Shown piece after piece: positions 1-9,339 of a stretch of DNA of 64,000 nucleotides. Origin of the DNA: an uncultured delta proteobacterium. GTDB lineage: Bacteria > Myxococcota_A > Polyangia > Polyangiales > Polyangiaceae. The notes beneath the pieces were generated by a model, which was not told the origin of the DNA, did not search any database, and saw only the letters and a program-made list of their open reading frames with translations. Positions within the stretch are counted from its first letter, which is position 1. The number at the start of each line of letters is the position of its first letter. A program made the translations under genes and the position numbers. The DNA is taken from NCBI GenBank assembly GCA_963841435.1, contig CAWJCS010000002.1:1131418-1195417 (forward strand), in the 5' to 3' direction.

Positions 1-858
1 GACGCACTCGCTCGCGGCCCGCTGCTGCTCGGCGAGGAGCCCCTCGCCGACCCCGGCGAGCTCCGGCCCCGCGTGGCGCCGCTTGGCGCGTGACAGCACG
101 AGCGAAGCGAGTGTCTCCTGATCACGGAGGGCGCCCAGTCGGTCCTGCAGACCCTTCAGCACCTCGATGTCGCGCTGCGCGTGGGCGCCCAGTGAAGGCG
201 CGAGCACCTCGGTCGCGTAGCGGTACGACTTTAGCGCCACGCGCAACCGATGGAGCGCCTTGCGATCCTCGGCACGACTCGCCGCTCGAAGCCGCTCGGC
301 CTCGAGGTAGCGCGCGGCCAGCCTGCCGAGCACGGCGGCGCGCAGGGCAGCGTCGTCGCCCAGACGTTTCAGCTGCTCGAGCGCGTCGAGCACGGTGCTC
401 ACGTCGTTCGTGAGCTCGTCGATTGCGAAACGCTCGATGCGGCGGCTCGCCCGGCGCGCGAGCTGCTCGCGACGCTCGGCGAGCGGCTCGAGAGCCGCGC
501 CGAGCTCGGCGTGCTGACCGGCGAGCGTGGTCGCCCCGTCGAGCAGCACGTCGAGGTCACGCAGCTTCGACAATCCCCCGAGTAGCTTCTCGAGCTTCTG
601 CATCCGCTTCGTGGCAGGAGGCGGAGCAGCGACACCCGCGAGCTCGAGCGCGGCGAGCAGGCGTCGCGTTGCGACGCGCAGTCGATGCACGCGCCCCTTC
701 GAGAGCTCGTCGGTTCGCGTGAGCTCGGTGTGCAGCGTCTCGAGGCGCTTGCCGAGCCCCGCTTGGAGCGTCGCCGTGGGCGAGGCCGTCTCGACGACCG
801 CCCGGCGCTGACGCTTTGCGGGGGCTTTCGCCAAGGTCTTCTTCGCGCGCGAGGCCAT
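1..858 (-). CDS. CHAD-domain (polyphosphate-binding) protein, 3' end runs off the window
   Basis: Hand translation from ATG at 858 (absent from the ORF track because no stop lies in the window): MASRAKKTL...VHRLRVATRRLLAALEL...ALHRLRVALKSYRY, the two H-x-L-R CHAD motifs. Confidence 0.85.
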   Translation of the reverse strand, partial: MASRAKKTLAKAPAKRQRRAVVETASPTATLQAGLGKRLETLHTELTRTDELSKGRVHRLRVATRRLLAALELAGVAAPPPATKRMQKLEKLLGGLSKLRDLDVLLDGATTLAGQHAELGAALEPLAERREQLARRASRRIERFAIDELTNDVSTVLDALEQLKRLGDDAALRAAVLGRLAARYLEAERLRAASRAEDRKALHRLRVALKSYRYATEVLAPSLGAHAQRDIEVLKGLQDRLGALRDQETLASLVLSRAKRRHAGPELAGVGEGLLAEQQRAASECV

Positions 859-927
859 GCCCACGCCGACCGATAACACGGCAGCCGTGCGCACGCCGCC
901 CCGCTGGCCCCGCGCCCAGATGGAGAC

Positions 928-1233
928 ATGACTAGGGAGTTGGCCGACCCCAGGGTGCTCATCGGGTTTCTGCTCGTTCGCCTCGGCGGCGCCCCCGCCG
1001 AGGTCTCGTGCGTCGCCGTCCGACCCGAGGTCCGGTATGGAAACCTCGGCTACGACCACATCGTGCACCTCGCGAGTCAGTGCGAGGCGCCGGTAACGTG
1101 CACGGTTTCGACCGACGTGAGCCCCACGCCCATCGAAGTGGACCTCGCGCCCCGCGAGCGACAGGAGGTTCTCACGTTTCGCGGCTCGCCCGCCCGCGAG
1201 TTCACGCCGCAGGTGAGGTGCCGCAGCCGCTGA
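928..1233 (+). CDS. Small hypothetical, probably secreted, Cys-containing protein
   Basis: 101-aa ORF with hydrophobic N-terminus (VLIGFLLVRLGG) and 4 Cys; GGAG upstream of ATG. Confidence 0.6.
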   Translation: MTRELADPRVLIGFLLVRLGGAPAEVSCVAVRPEVRYGNLGYDHIVHLASQCEAPVTCTVSTDVSPTPIEVDLAPRERQEVLTFRGSPAREFTPQVRCRSR

Positions 1234-1287
1234 AGCCCCGTCGCGTTGCTCCGGAACCTTCCCGCCTCCCCGGTGTCGGGTGCGGGA

Positions 1288-2526
1288 ATGGCACACGACC
1301 TCATCGAGCTCGCGAGGGACCACGCGACGGGTACGCGGTTCGAACGAGCGGCGCTCGAGCATTTGGCCCACACGATCGGCTGTGAGGTCGCCTTCTTCTC
1401 GCTGCGCGGGCACGAAGACACGCCGACGACGCTCGGCATGCCCGAGGGCCTCGTCGCGAGGGCCGTTGCGTCCTTTGAGCGCTATGGTCGCGAGCTCTTG
1501 CCGGTCAAGCGCCGCGCACTCGCGCGGCGTGGCGTTGCGGTGGACACCGACGTTCTCGGGACGCGTGGCGTCGAGCGGCTCGGCTACCACCGCGAGCTCG
1601 CGCGCCGTGTGGGCGGGCGCCATTCACTGCTCGCGTACCCGTCGTTCGGCGGGCGCGTCATGGGGGTCGTCATGCTCGGACGCACGGGGAGCGCCTTTTC
1701 GGAGCGCGACGTCGAGCGCATGGAAGAGGAGCTGTCGGCGCTCGGCGTGGCGCGTGCGGCGTTCGGCCTGCCCGTCGTGCCCGATCCACTCCCGCCGTCA
1801 GCAGCGACTCGCTTCCTCGATCGCCTGGGCTTTCCGCCGCGGCCCGTCGAAGTGGCGCGCGTGACGGCGCGCGGCAACACCATCTCCGTTCGGGACATAG
1901 CCGGCGAGCGCCGCATGATCGCGGCGAGCGGACGCTCGGAGCTCGTGTGGACCCGGGCCAAACTGTCGGACCCCAGCGAGTCGGGCTGGCCCTACGTCAA
2001 CCTTTTCCACGTGGCGGCCGCGCTCGCCAAGCGCCGGCGGCGCGCGTTGTTCGTGGGTGGCGGCGGCGGCGTGGCGCTGCACCAGTTCGCGAGCCGCTAC
2101 CCCGGAATCGAGCTCGACCTCGCCGAGATCGACCCCCGGGTCGTCGAGCTCGCGCGTGCCCACTACGCGCTCGATTCCGTGCCCGGGCTCACCGTGCACG
2201 TCATCGACGGCGCCGACCTCGTCGAGCAGGCGTCCGCGGCGCGCTGGGACGTGATCGTCGTCGATGCGTACGACGCTGGCAGCGTCGCCGAGCGGCTCGC
2301 CGGCCGCCGCTTCTTCCGCGCCGCACGCCGCGCGCTCTTCCGGGGAGGAACGCTCGCCTTGAACCTCATCGGCACGCTCGACGGGCAGGGGGAGCTACCC
2401 GGAGTGGTCGAGAGCCTGCGTGGCGCCATCGGGCCCGTGCGCGTCGTCCCCGTCGTCGAGCCCTCGCTACCGTTCGCCGCGAACGCGCTCCGCAACCTGG
2501 TGCTCGTGGCGGTCGCCGAGCGGTGA
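1288..2526 (+). CDS. GAF-like domain fused to spermidine-synthase-like SAM-dependent transferase
   Basis: N-half GAF-like (HSLLAYPSFGGRVMGVVMLGRTGSAFSERD); C-half has ALFVGGGGG, AEIDPRVVELA, DVIVVDAYD, GGTLALN motifs. Confidence 0.75.
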   Translation: MAHDLIELARDHATGTRFERAALEHLAHTIGCEVAFFSLRGHEDTPTTLGMPEGLVARAVASFERYGRELLPVKRRALARRGVAVDTDVLGTRGVERLGYHRELARRVGGRHSLLAYPSFGGRVMGVVMLGRTGSAFSERDVERMEEELSALGVARAAFGLPVVPDPLPPSAATRFLDRLGFPPRPVEVARVTARGNTISVRDIAGERRMIAASGRSELVWTRAKLSDPSESGWPYVNLFHVAAALAKRRRRALFVGGGGGVALHQFASRYPGIELDLAEIDPRVVELARAHYALDSVPGLTVHVIDGADLVEQASAARWDVIVVDAYDAGSVAERLAGRRFFRAARRALFRGGTLALNLIGTLDGQGELPGVVESLRGAIGPVRVVPVVEPSLPFAANALRNLVLVAVAER

Positions 2527-2547
2527 GGCGCGCTCGGCGCAGAAACG

Positions 2548-3345
2548 TCAGCGCGACGACACCGTGCTCTCGATGGCGATCCCCGTCACGCCGAGTCGCC
2601 GCTCGACGCTCCGCGCAAGCGCTCGCGTCATGCTCGGCTCGCTGAAGCCGGGTCCGTAGAGCTCACCGTCGATGAGGAACGCGGGAACGGCGGCTCGGCC
2701 GGTCAGCCGCACGAGCTCGCCGCGTGCCGTCTCGTCGCGATCGATGTCGCGCTCGGTTGGCGAGAGTCCGTTCGCTTGGAGGAATGCGCGGGCTCGCGTG
2801 CACACGCGACACCAGCTCGCCGAGAACATGACGATCGAGGTCGCCTGCAGCGCTGCTCGAAGCTCGGCTGGTGTCGGCGGCTTTTTTACCTCGCGCACGG
2901 ACGGCGCCGCACCCCCGTCCGCCCGCTCGCCGCTCGCTGCCGGCGCCTCGGGCTCGACGCTCGGCGCTGCGCTTTCGGATTCGGCCGGAGGCAGTAGCGT
3001 GGACGGCTCGGGCGTTTCGCGAGCCGGAGCAGCCCCTTCGGCGACCTCTTCGGGCTCGTCGGTCGGGACGGCGCCCGCGGTCGGTTCGCCGAGCGCCGGT
3101 TGCGATTGTTTCGTCTCGCTCGGACCGGGCGCGCTCCGCTCGGTCGTTGCGACTGCCGGGCGGTGTCTGACGAGCGCCGTGGCACCCGCAGCGGCTGCGA
3201 GCGCGAACAGGCAAAGGCCCAGGAAAAGGCCCCAGCGCCGATTGCCCTCCGCGCGCAGGCTGTCGCGACACAGGACGCAATGCCCGTCCGGCCCCACCGC
3301 TAGGCCATGCACCTCGCACCGCACGTCGCGAACTATAGGCTCCAT
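2548..3345 (-). CDS. Membrane-anchored glutaredoxin-family protein
   Basis: C-terminal IVMFSASWCRVC...ERDID...AVPAFLIDG...GFS (Grx/NrdH-like); TM helix; N-terminal CEVH..CVLC; Pro/Glu-rich linker. Start chosen at ATG 3345. Confidence 0.75.
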   Translation of the reverse strand: MEPIVRDVRCEVHGLAVGPDGHCVLCRDSLRAEGNRRWGLFLGLCLFALAAAAGATALVRHRPAVATTERSAPGPSETKQSQPALGEPTAGAVPTDEPEEVAEGAAPARETPEPSTLLPPAESESAAPSVEPEAPAASGERADGGAAPSVREVKKPPTPAELRAALQATSIVMFSASWCRVCTRARAFLQANGLSPTERDIDRDETARGELVRLTGRAAVPAFLIDGELYGPGFSEPSMTRALARSVERRLGVTGIAIESTVSSR

Positions 3346-3511
3346 CGTGCCTCGACCGCACGGGCCCGCTGCTCCCGCGCGACAACGGCCCGCCCCCTCG
3401 CTCCGTTCGCGCGAGTGTTGCCGCGCGGCACAGCGGTTCTGGGGCGCGATCCGCCCGTCATGGTGAGCGCTTCGAAAAATACCGAACAGCCGGAAATCAT
3501 GCCGCAGGCAG

Positions 3512-3898
3512 ATGGCATGCATCTTGAGCCCCGGGGGAAACGAGCTCGATGGTCGAAATCGCACCGCATCGGCTTGCCGAAGCCGCCGTTTACTTCGAGC
3601 TCGATTTTGGCTCGCAGCGCGTGCCGCTCGTGACGCACGGGCCGTTCGAGATCCGCCCTGGGTCCGTCCAGGTTCTCACACTGCTCGACCGCACCGAGGT
3701 GAGGACGGCGACGCAGTGCGACAACGACATGCGCCGACACACGGCGTTGCTCCTCGCGGCACAGAGCCGCTCGGCGCGACGCTCGCGTGATCACCACGTG
3801 ACGCGCTCTGGGTCGTCCCGTCGCGTCACGATGTGCTCTCGCCGCGTACCAACAACTACATCGCGAGCGCGCGCGACTTCGGCGATCATGTCGAGTGA
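3512..3898 (+). pseudogene. Hypothetical protein disrupted by apparent frameshifts
   Basis: Protein-like segments in different frames (VEIAPHRLAEAAVYFELDFGSQRVPLV..., then DALWVVPSRHDVLSPRTNNYIASARDFGDHVE*); the stop overlaps the next start (GTGA at 3895-3898). Confidence 0.35.
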
Positions 3899-4695
3899 AG
3901 TACCCGGTGCAAAGCCGAACTCTCGCCAGCGTGCGCGCGTCGCGCACGCAGATCATCGTCGCTTGCTGTGCGCTCGCGCTCGCCGCGCTCGAGGGCAACG
4001 AGCCGTCCTGGCCCACGCTTTCGCGGGAGCACGCGGAGAGCCACGCCGGCGCGCTGTCGCTCCGGCGATCGACCGTCGACACGAAAGCTCCGCTCGGTCC
4101 GGAAGACCAGCTCGTGCGCGACCAGCCCTTCTGCGTGGCCTCGAGCATGAAGTCCGCGGGCACGCTGGGCGAGGTCGTGCTCTACCGTTACGAGCGTCAC
4201 GGAGATGCGCTCGACGTTGGCTACTTCGTGTACTGGAGCACGGAGCGTCCCTGGGGCGACAACGAGCTCACGCGCAGGGTGCTCCCGGCGCTCGCCATCG
4301 ACGCGGTGTACAGTCACCTGCTCTTCGTGCTGCCCGGTATCCAGCGGGTGCTCTACGGGCCCGGTGACATCGAGGGCGCGCTCGTCCACTACCGGATCGA
4401 AGGGGACAGGCTCGTTGCCGAGCGAGCGCGCGCCGACGACGAATCGCACGCGCCCGTGCGGCTTTCCGCGCGCGAGGTCAGCGCTTCCGACGGCAGCGTC
4501 GTGTTGCTCACCGAGGCCTGGAGCCACCAGCTCGGCGGCCACGATGCCGCTCGGCGTGCGCCCGGGAGCGAGCGCGCGTGCTTCGGTGGCGAGAGCCTCG
4601 TTCCCATGACGGCCTCCGTGGCGAAGGCGTTTCGTCTCGGCACGTCCGAGAAGCCGCATCGCGCGCGACCTGCCTGGCGTTCGAGCGTCGATTAG
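3895..4695 (+). CDS. Hypothetical exported protein
   Basis: 266-aa ORF with hydrophobic N-terminus and globular aromatic-rich body (YFVYWSTERPWG, YGPGDIEG, EAWSHQLG). Confidence 0.65.
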   Translation: MKYPVQSRTLASVRASRTQIIVACCALALAALEGNEPSWPTLSREHAESHAGALSLRRSTVDTKAPLGPEDQLVRDQPFCVASSMKSAGTLGEVVLYRYERHGDALDVGYFVYWSTERPWGDNELTRRVLPALAIDAVYSHLLFVLPGIQRVLYGPGDIEGALVHYRIEGDRLVAERARADDESHAPVRLSAREVSASDGSVVLLTEAWSHQLGGHDAARRAPGSERACFGGESLVPMTASVAKAFRLGTSEKPHRARPAWRSSVD

Positions 4696-4816
4696 GGGTC
4701 ACGCTTCGGGGGCCGGTGTTCGAGCGCTCTTGCGCTCGAGATCGGGCCGGTACCCGAGCTCGTGGTCGAGCGCGTCGCGTGACCAGAGCGGCGCGTCGTT
4801 TGGGCTGGCCCGGCGC

Positions 4817-5083
4817 CTAGCGCCGCACGTTTTGCCGCACGCGCGCGTACGCCGGAACGAGCGGGCGTGGGAACAGGGTTTCCACGAGGTCGGCGAAGAA
4901 GTCGCGAATTGGCGTGCCTCGCCTGGGCTTCTTCGCCGGCGCGGGCGGGATGCGCTGGTACAGCACTCGAATGGCTTCTGCCTCACCGCAGACTTCCGGC
5001 GCCGCCTCGTCGTGAATCTCGGGCGCGCTCGCCGCGATCGACGGGCCAAATGCGAACAGCGCGGGAATTGCGTAGTGCTTCAC
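4817..5083 (-). CDS. Small hypothetical protein
   Basis: GTG-start ORF with signal-like N-terminus (KHYAIPALFAFGPSIAASA); no family recognised. Confidence 0.35.
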   Translation of the reverse strand: MKHYAIPALFAFGPSIAASAPEIHDEAAPEVCGEAEAIRVLYQRIPPAPAKKPRRGTPIRDFFADLVETLFPRPLVPAYARVRQNVRR

Positions 5084-5404
5084 GACGGACCTACCTTTCA
5101 ACCTCTACGGACGCTTCCACGGGCGGCTTCAGACACCCAAAGCAGGCATCGGTCTGCCGGAGCGACTCTGCGGAACGAGCGCGCGGAACAGGGGCAGTGC
5201 GCGCCAACGAAAAGCTCAACGACGCGCACCTTCATAAGGTGGTGCTTCGCTCGACCTTGCGCAAGAGCTGAGATGAGCATTTACGCAAGGCTCATTGACG
5301 TTTGCGAATGTGTGCTTGTGTGTCGAGGTGGGTTTCGCACTCCCTCGCCGCGCTATTCGCAGGCGTCTGTTGTTTCCAGGGCTCCTTGGGCATACTCCGC
5401 GGCC

Positions 5405-6742
5405 ATGAAGGAGCTCCAAATCTCGGGATCGTTGAGGCACCTGGCAAGCGTGGGTATCCTCGCCGCAGGCTGTGGCGCGCCGCAGCCTGCGGAAAGTCCG
5501 CCGCCCGTGCCCCCCGAGGTGGGGCCGCCCGCTCCCGTGCTCGCGCCGACGGCGACCGCTGCGCCAGCACCTGCGGTTCCCGCGGCCGCACCCCTGGCGG
5601 GCTCCATCGCCGTCGCCGTGAGCGTGACGAACACGGCCGCGGTGCCGCACGTGCGGGAAACCGTCGCGCTTTCCGCGCTCGAGCTCGAGAAAGTGGCACC
5701 CGGGCTCGAGCTCGACAAGACGCTCGTCGCTGACGCCCAGGGCAACGAAGTGCTCTCGCAGGTCGTGCACGGTGTCGACGGCGCTCCGGGCGAGCTCGTG
5801 TTCCAGACCGACCTCGCGCCGAGCGCGCAGCAAAGCTTCACGGTGCGCATCGGGGAGCGCAAGCCCGCGAAGGCCGGCGACTACAAGGTCTACGGTCGCT
5901 TCGTGCGCGAGCGGCACGACGACTTTGCCTGGGAAAACGATTTGGTGGCGCACCGCATGTACGGGCCCGACCTGGAGACCACCAAGAAGGAGCCGCTCGT
6001 CTCGAGCGGTATCGACGTGTGGGCGAAGCGCGTTCCACGTCTGCTCGTCAACGAGTGGTACATGACCGACGACTATCATGAGGACCACGGCGACGGCGCC
6101 GACTTCTATTCCGTCGGCAAGACGCGGGGCTGCGGCGGGCTCGGCATCTGGTCACGCGACAAGCTCATGGTCTCGAGAAACTTCGTGACCTCGCGCGTGC
6201 TCGCGAACGGCCCCCTTCGCCTGGTGTTCGAGCTCGACTACGCCCCCTGGGACGCCGGCGGCACCAAGGTGAGCGAAACCAAGCGCGTGACGCTCGACGC
6301 GGGGACGTTTTTCAATCGCTTCGAGAGCACGTTCACCACCAAGCGCTCACCGCTCAACGTCGCGATCGGCATCTCGAAGCACCCCGGCGGCGCCGTTCAG
6401 ATCGACGCCGCGACCGCGTCGATGCGCGTCTGGGAGCCGGTTGACGGCGGCAAGAGCGGCGCTCTCGGCTGCGCCATCGTCCTCGCACCGGGCAGCACGG
6501 GCACCGAAAAGCAGACCGACGACACCTTCCTCCTCGTTACGCAAGCCAAGCCGAAAGAGGCTCTTCGCTACTACGTGGGCTCCACGTGGGATCGCGCGGG
6601 ACACGTCACGAGCGCCGACGCCTGGGCCGGGGAAGTGAAGAAGCTCGCGGCACGCATCGCCGCGCCGCCGCGCGTCGAGCTCAAGGCGGGGCCCGCGGCT
6701 GGGGCAGCGCCGGCCGCGCCGCCGGCCGCGGCCACTCACTAG
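5405..6742 (+). CDS. DUF4861-family lipoprotein (often found in pectin-utilisation loci)
   Basis: Lipobox LAAGC; DDFAWENDLVAHRMYGP, SSGIDVWAKR, YHEDHGDGADFYSVGKTRGCGG motifs. Confidence 0.85.
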   Translation: MKELQISGSLRHLASVGILAAGCGAPQPAESPPPVPPEVGPPAPVLAPTATAAPAPAVPAAAPLAGSIAVAVSVTNTAAVPHVRETVALSALELEKVAPGLELDKTLVADAQGNEVLSQVVHGVDGAPGELVFQTDLAPSAQQSFTVRIGERKPAKAGDYKVYGRFVRERHDDFAWENDLVAHRMYGPDLETTKKEPLVSSGIDVWAKRVPRLLVNEWYMTDDYHEDHGDGADFYSVGKTRGCGGLGIWSRDKLMVSRNFVTSRVLANGPLRLVFELDYAPWDAGGTKVSETKRVTLDAGTFFNRFESTFTTKRSPLNVAIGISKHPGGAVQIDAATASMRVWEPVDGGKSGALGCAIVLAPGSTGTEKQTDDTFLLVTQAKPKEALRYYVGSTWDRAGHVTSADAWAGEVKKLAARIAAPPRVELKAGPAAGAAPAAPPAAATH

Positions 6743-6761
6743 CTCGGCGAGCGGAGGATCG

Positions 6762-7325
6762 GTGCCTCCATCGACGACCCGATCTCGGCAGCGGGGGTCA
6801 CCTCCGCCGCAGGAAAAGAGCAAAGCCCCGAGCTCCCCCGAGCCCACCTTTCACGAGGTGATGGAGCGCGAGGGCACGCCGCGCAGCAAGGCAGGCCGAC
6901 CGCGTGTGCCGCCCCCGAAAAGACACGACCCGGTTCCGTTCGTGCGAGCGGCGCCGAGCTTTCACGTCGAGCACAGCGAGGACTGGGTCGAGGGATACCG
7001 CAGCGACGCGCCCGCGAGCCTTCGCGCGCGGCTGCGCGCCGCACCGGCCGCATCGCTCGATCTTCACGGCCTCACGACGGCCGTGGCGCGGCGCCGCCTC
7101 GTGGAGTTCGTGAGCGAAAGCTACCGCGCTTCGCACGAGCTCGTGCTCGTCATCGTCGGCAAGGGGCGGCACTCGCCGGGTGGCGCGCCCGTGCTTCGCG
7201 ACGCGCTCGCGAGCTGGCTCACGAGCGGTGCCACGGCGGGTTGCGTCCTCGGGTTCCGCACGGCACCTCCCGCGCTCGGCGGGGCGGGCGGCGTGCTCGT
7301 GCTTCTATCGCGCCCGAAGCGCTAG
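6762..7325 (+). CDS. Smr-domain protein (stand-alone small MutS-related)
   Basis: SLDLHGLT, VLVIVGKGRHS, GGAGGVLVLL motifs. Confidence 0.85.
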   Translation: MPPSTTRSRQRGSPPPQEKSKAPSSPEPTFHEVMEREGTPRSKAGRPRVPPPKRHDPVPFVRAAPSFHVEHSEDWVEGYRSDAPASLRARLRAAPAASLDLHGLTTAVARRRLVEFVSESYRASHELVLVIVGKGRHSPGGAPVLRDALASWLTSGATAGCVLGFRTAPPALGGAGGVLVLLSRPKR

Positions 7326-7356
7326 CTCCTCGCGTGCCCCCTCGACATCCCCACGA

Positions 7357-8319
7357 TCAGATCCCACCAGCGGGGGAGGTCAGCGGTTCCGTAGCGCTGA
7401 CTTCCTCGATCGGTCGAGCGTCAACGACGCCCCACAACAGCGAGCGATCTTCTGCTGCGCGGTTTTCTGAGAGGGCCGCGGCAGGCTCACTGAAGCTTCG
7501 CCGGACGACGATGGCACCCGGACGGGCGGCGTTTCGCACGGCCGCGAGCAAGCGACGGCCGTACGCGTCTTCGGCGCCGTCCAGGATGTTCGACAACGAA
7601 AAGCCCCCGAAGCTGCCGACGGGGCACCGCTCGAGGTACGCCGCCGCGTCCGCGACGACGAGCTCGGGCTCTTTTCCGGGCGGGACGACCGGCTCGGGGT
7701 CGCCCGGCGCTGCGTGACCCGTGAAGAGCTCCCACGCGTAGGGATTGGTCCTGTTCGGGTGCCGTTCGAAGCCGCGCAGCAGTCGCGCCCTGAGCACGCG
7801 GTCGAAGCGCCGCGGCAGGCACCTGAGCAGCGCCGACGAATACCAGCCGGAGAGGGCGAGGGGAGAGAGCAAGAGCGCGAGTCCCGTCCGAAAACGCCAG
7901 GTGTCGAGCTGCTCGCGAAAGTAGCTCGCCTGCGCCACTGGGTCGTCGAGCGACAGGAAGCTCAGCACCTTCAGCCTCGTGAAGCCGGCGAGCGGCATGA
8001 GCGCGCGCAGGTGGCCCATCAGGCGATCGGCGCGCCCCGTCTCGCGGGGCGCACCCTGGAGACGCCGGCGCACGTAGTCGATTTGCGCCGGGTTGATGTC
8101 GCACGCGACGACGTCATGATCGCGACACAGGGCGAGCGCCGTGCAGCCTGCCGACGCGACGCAAAACACGCGCGCGCTCGGAGCGAAGACCGCGCGCTCG
8201 ATGGCGCTGTCCTCGTACACTCTGCCGAACAAGAGTTGCTTCGGTGGTGCGCGTTCGCTCAGCCGGCCGGCGCGCCAGGCGCTCAGCTCCCCGTGATCGC
8301 GCGTGGTGTTGCCGCTCAT
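7357..8319 (-). CDS. DUF3419 / BtaA-like SAM-dependent protein
   Basis: LLFGRVYEDSAIE, VFCVASAGCTAL, CDINPAQ, FSLSNILD motifs; start overlaps upstream stop (ATGA). Confidence 0.7.
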   Translation of the reverse strand: MSGNTTRDHGELSAWRAGRLSERAPPKQLLFGRVYEDSAIERAVFAPSARVFCVASAGCTALALCRDHDVVACDINPAQIDYVRRRLQGAPRETGRADRLMGHLRALMPLAGFTRLKVLSFLSLDDPVAQASYFREQLDTWRFRTGLALLLSPLALSGWYSSALLRCLPRRFDRVLRARLLRGFERHPNRTNPYAWELFTGHAAPGDPEPVVPPGKEPELVVADAAAYLERCPVGSFGGFSLSNILDGAEDAYGRRLLAAVRNAARPGAIVVRRSFSEPAAALSENRAAEDRSLLWGVVDARPIEEVSATEPLTSPAGGI

Positions 8320-8714
8320 GGCGCCCCGCTCGAGAGCGCGGCCGACACCCAGGCGAGCAGCAGAAAGCAGCCGTTTTTTAGCACCATTCCGGCTGGATCG
8401 TGGATCTGCCGCCGCGCCCAGAGAATGCCGCCCGAGTTGAGGCTCACGAGTAGGCCGGTCTGAACGACGGCGCACAACCCGGGCCACACACCGAAAAGGA
8501 CCCAGAGCCCGAGCGTCGTTTCGAGCGCACCAAGTGCGCGCAAGAAGTGCGCAGACCAGCGCTCGCCCAGGAACGGTACTGCGCTGACCACCTCACGCTG
8601 TCCCGGCTCACGCCCGAGCCATTTGCACCACACCCCCTCGTAGAGCCACACCGCAGAAACGGCGACGCGCAAGACCCAAACGGGTGGTAGTGGCAACGTG
8701 AGGTCAGTTAACAT
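8316..8714 (-). CDS. DoxX-like family membrane protein
   Basis: AVWLYEGVWCK, LGALETTLGLWVL, DPAGMVLKN; four hydrophobic segments. Confidence 0.75.
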   Translation of the reverse strand: MLTDLTLPLPPVWVLRVAVSAVWLYEGVWCKWLGREPGQREVVSAVPFLGERWSAHFLRALGALETTLGLWVLFGVWPGLCAVVQTGLLVSLNSGGILWARRQIHDPAGMVLKNGCFLLLAWVSAALSSGAP

Positions 8715-8781
8715 GCGCGCGCCCCACCGGGAACGCTAGGCCGCGAGGTGGAGCGGCGCAACACTCGGAGCAAGAAAGAAG

Positions 8782-9339
8782 ATGCGGACGGATTCGCCAA
8801 GCACCGCGTGGAACGAGCGAGTGACGACGACACGGCGGTTTCTTGCTTCACCCCTCGCCGTTTGGCAATGCCTGATGTTCTACGAGGACGTTCCGCGCCG
8901 TCCCTGGCCGCTCTTGAGACTCTTGTTGCCGCAGCCACTCCGCAGCGAAGGCGACAAGCTTCGCGTGGGCGGCGACGTTCGCTGCACCTACGTGAGCGGT
9001 GAGCTTCGCAAACGTATCACCGAGGTCGAGCCCGCGCGGCTCCTCCGCTTCGAGGTCATCGAGCAGGCGCTCGGCATCGAGCGCTACGGCCGCGCCCATC
9101 ACGGCTCGTACGAGTTCTTTCCCGATCCCGCGGGCGGCACCCGGCTCCTGCTGACGACCGCGTACCGTGGCCGCATGCGGCCGCGCTTCCTGTGGCGGCT
9201 CATCGAGCGCTACCTCTGCCACCGCTTGCATCATCACATCCTCATCGGCATGCAGGAACGGCTCGGCGCCGGAGCGCCCGTGGCCGGGGTGCTCAACCCC
9301 CGAGCCGAGGCAGATGCCGTCGAAGCTCCGAGTCGCTGA
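8782..9339 (+). CDS. SRPBCC (START/polyketide-cyclase fold) protein
   Basis: ASPLAVWQCL, ITEVEPARLLRFEV, GGTRLLLTTAY, C-terminal helix LHHHIL. Confidence 0.65.
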   Translation: MRTDSPSTAWNERVTTTRRFLASPLAVWQCLMFYEDVPRRPWPLLRLLLPQPLRSEGDKLRVGGDVRCTYVSGELRKRITEVEPARLLRFEVIEQALGIERYGRAHHGSYEFFPDPAGGTRLLLTTAYRGRMRPRFLWRLIERYLCHRLHHHILIGMQERLGAGAPVAGVLNPRAEADAVEAPSR

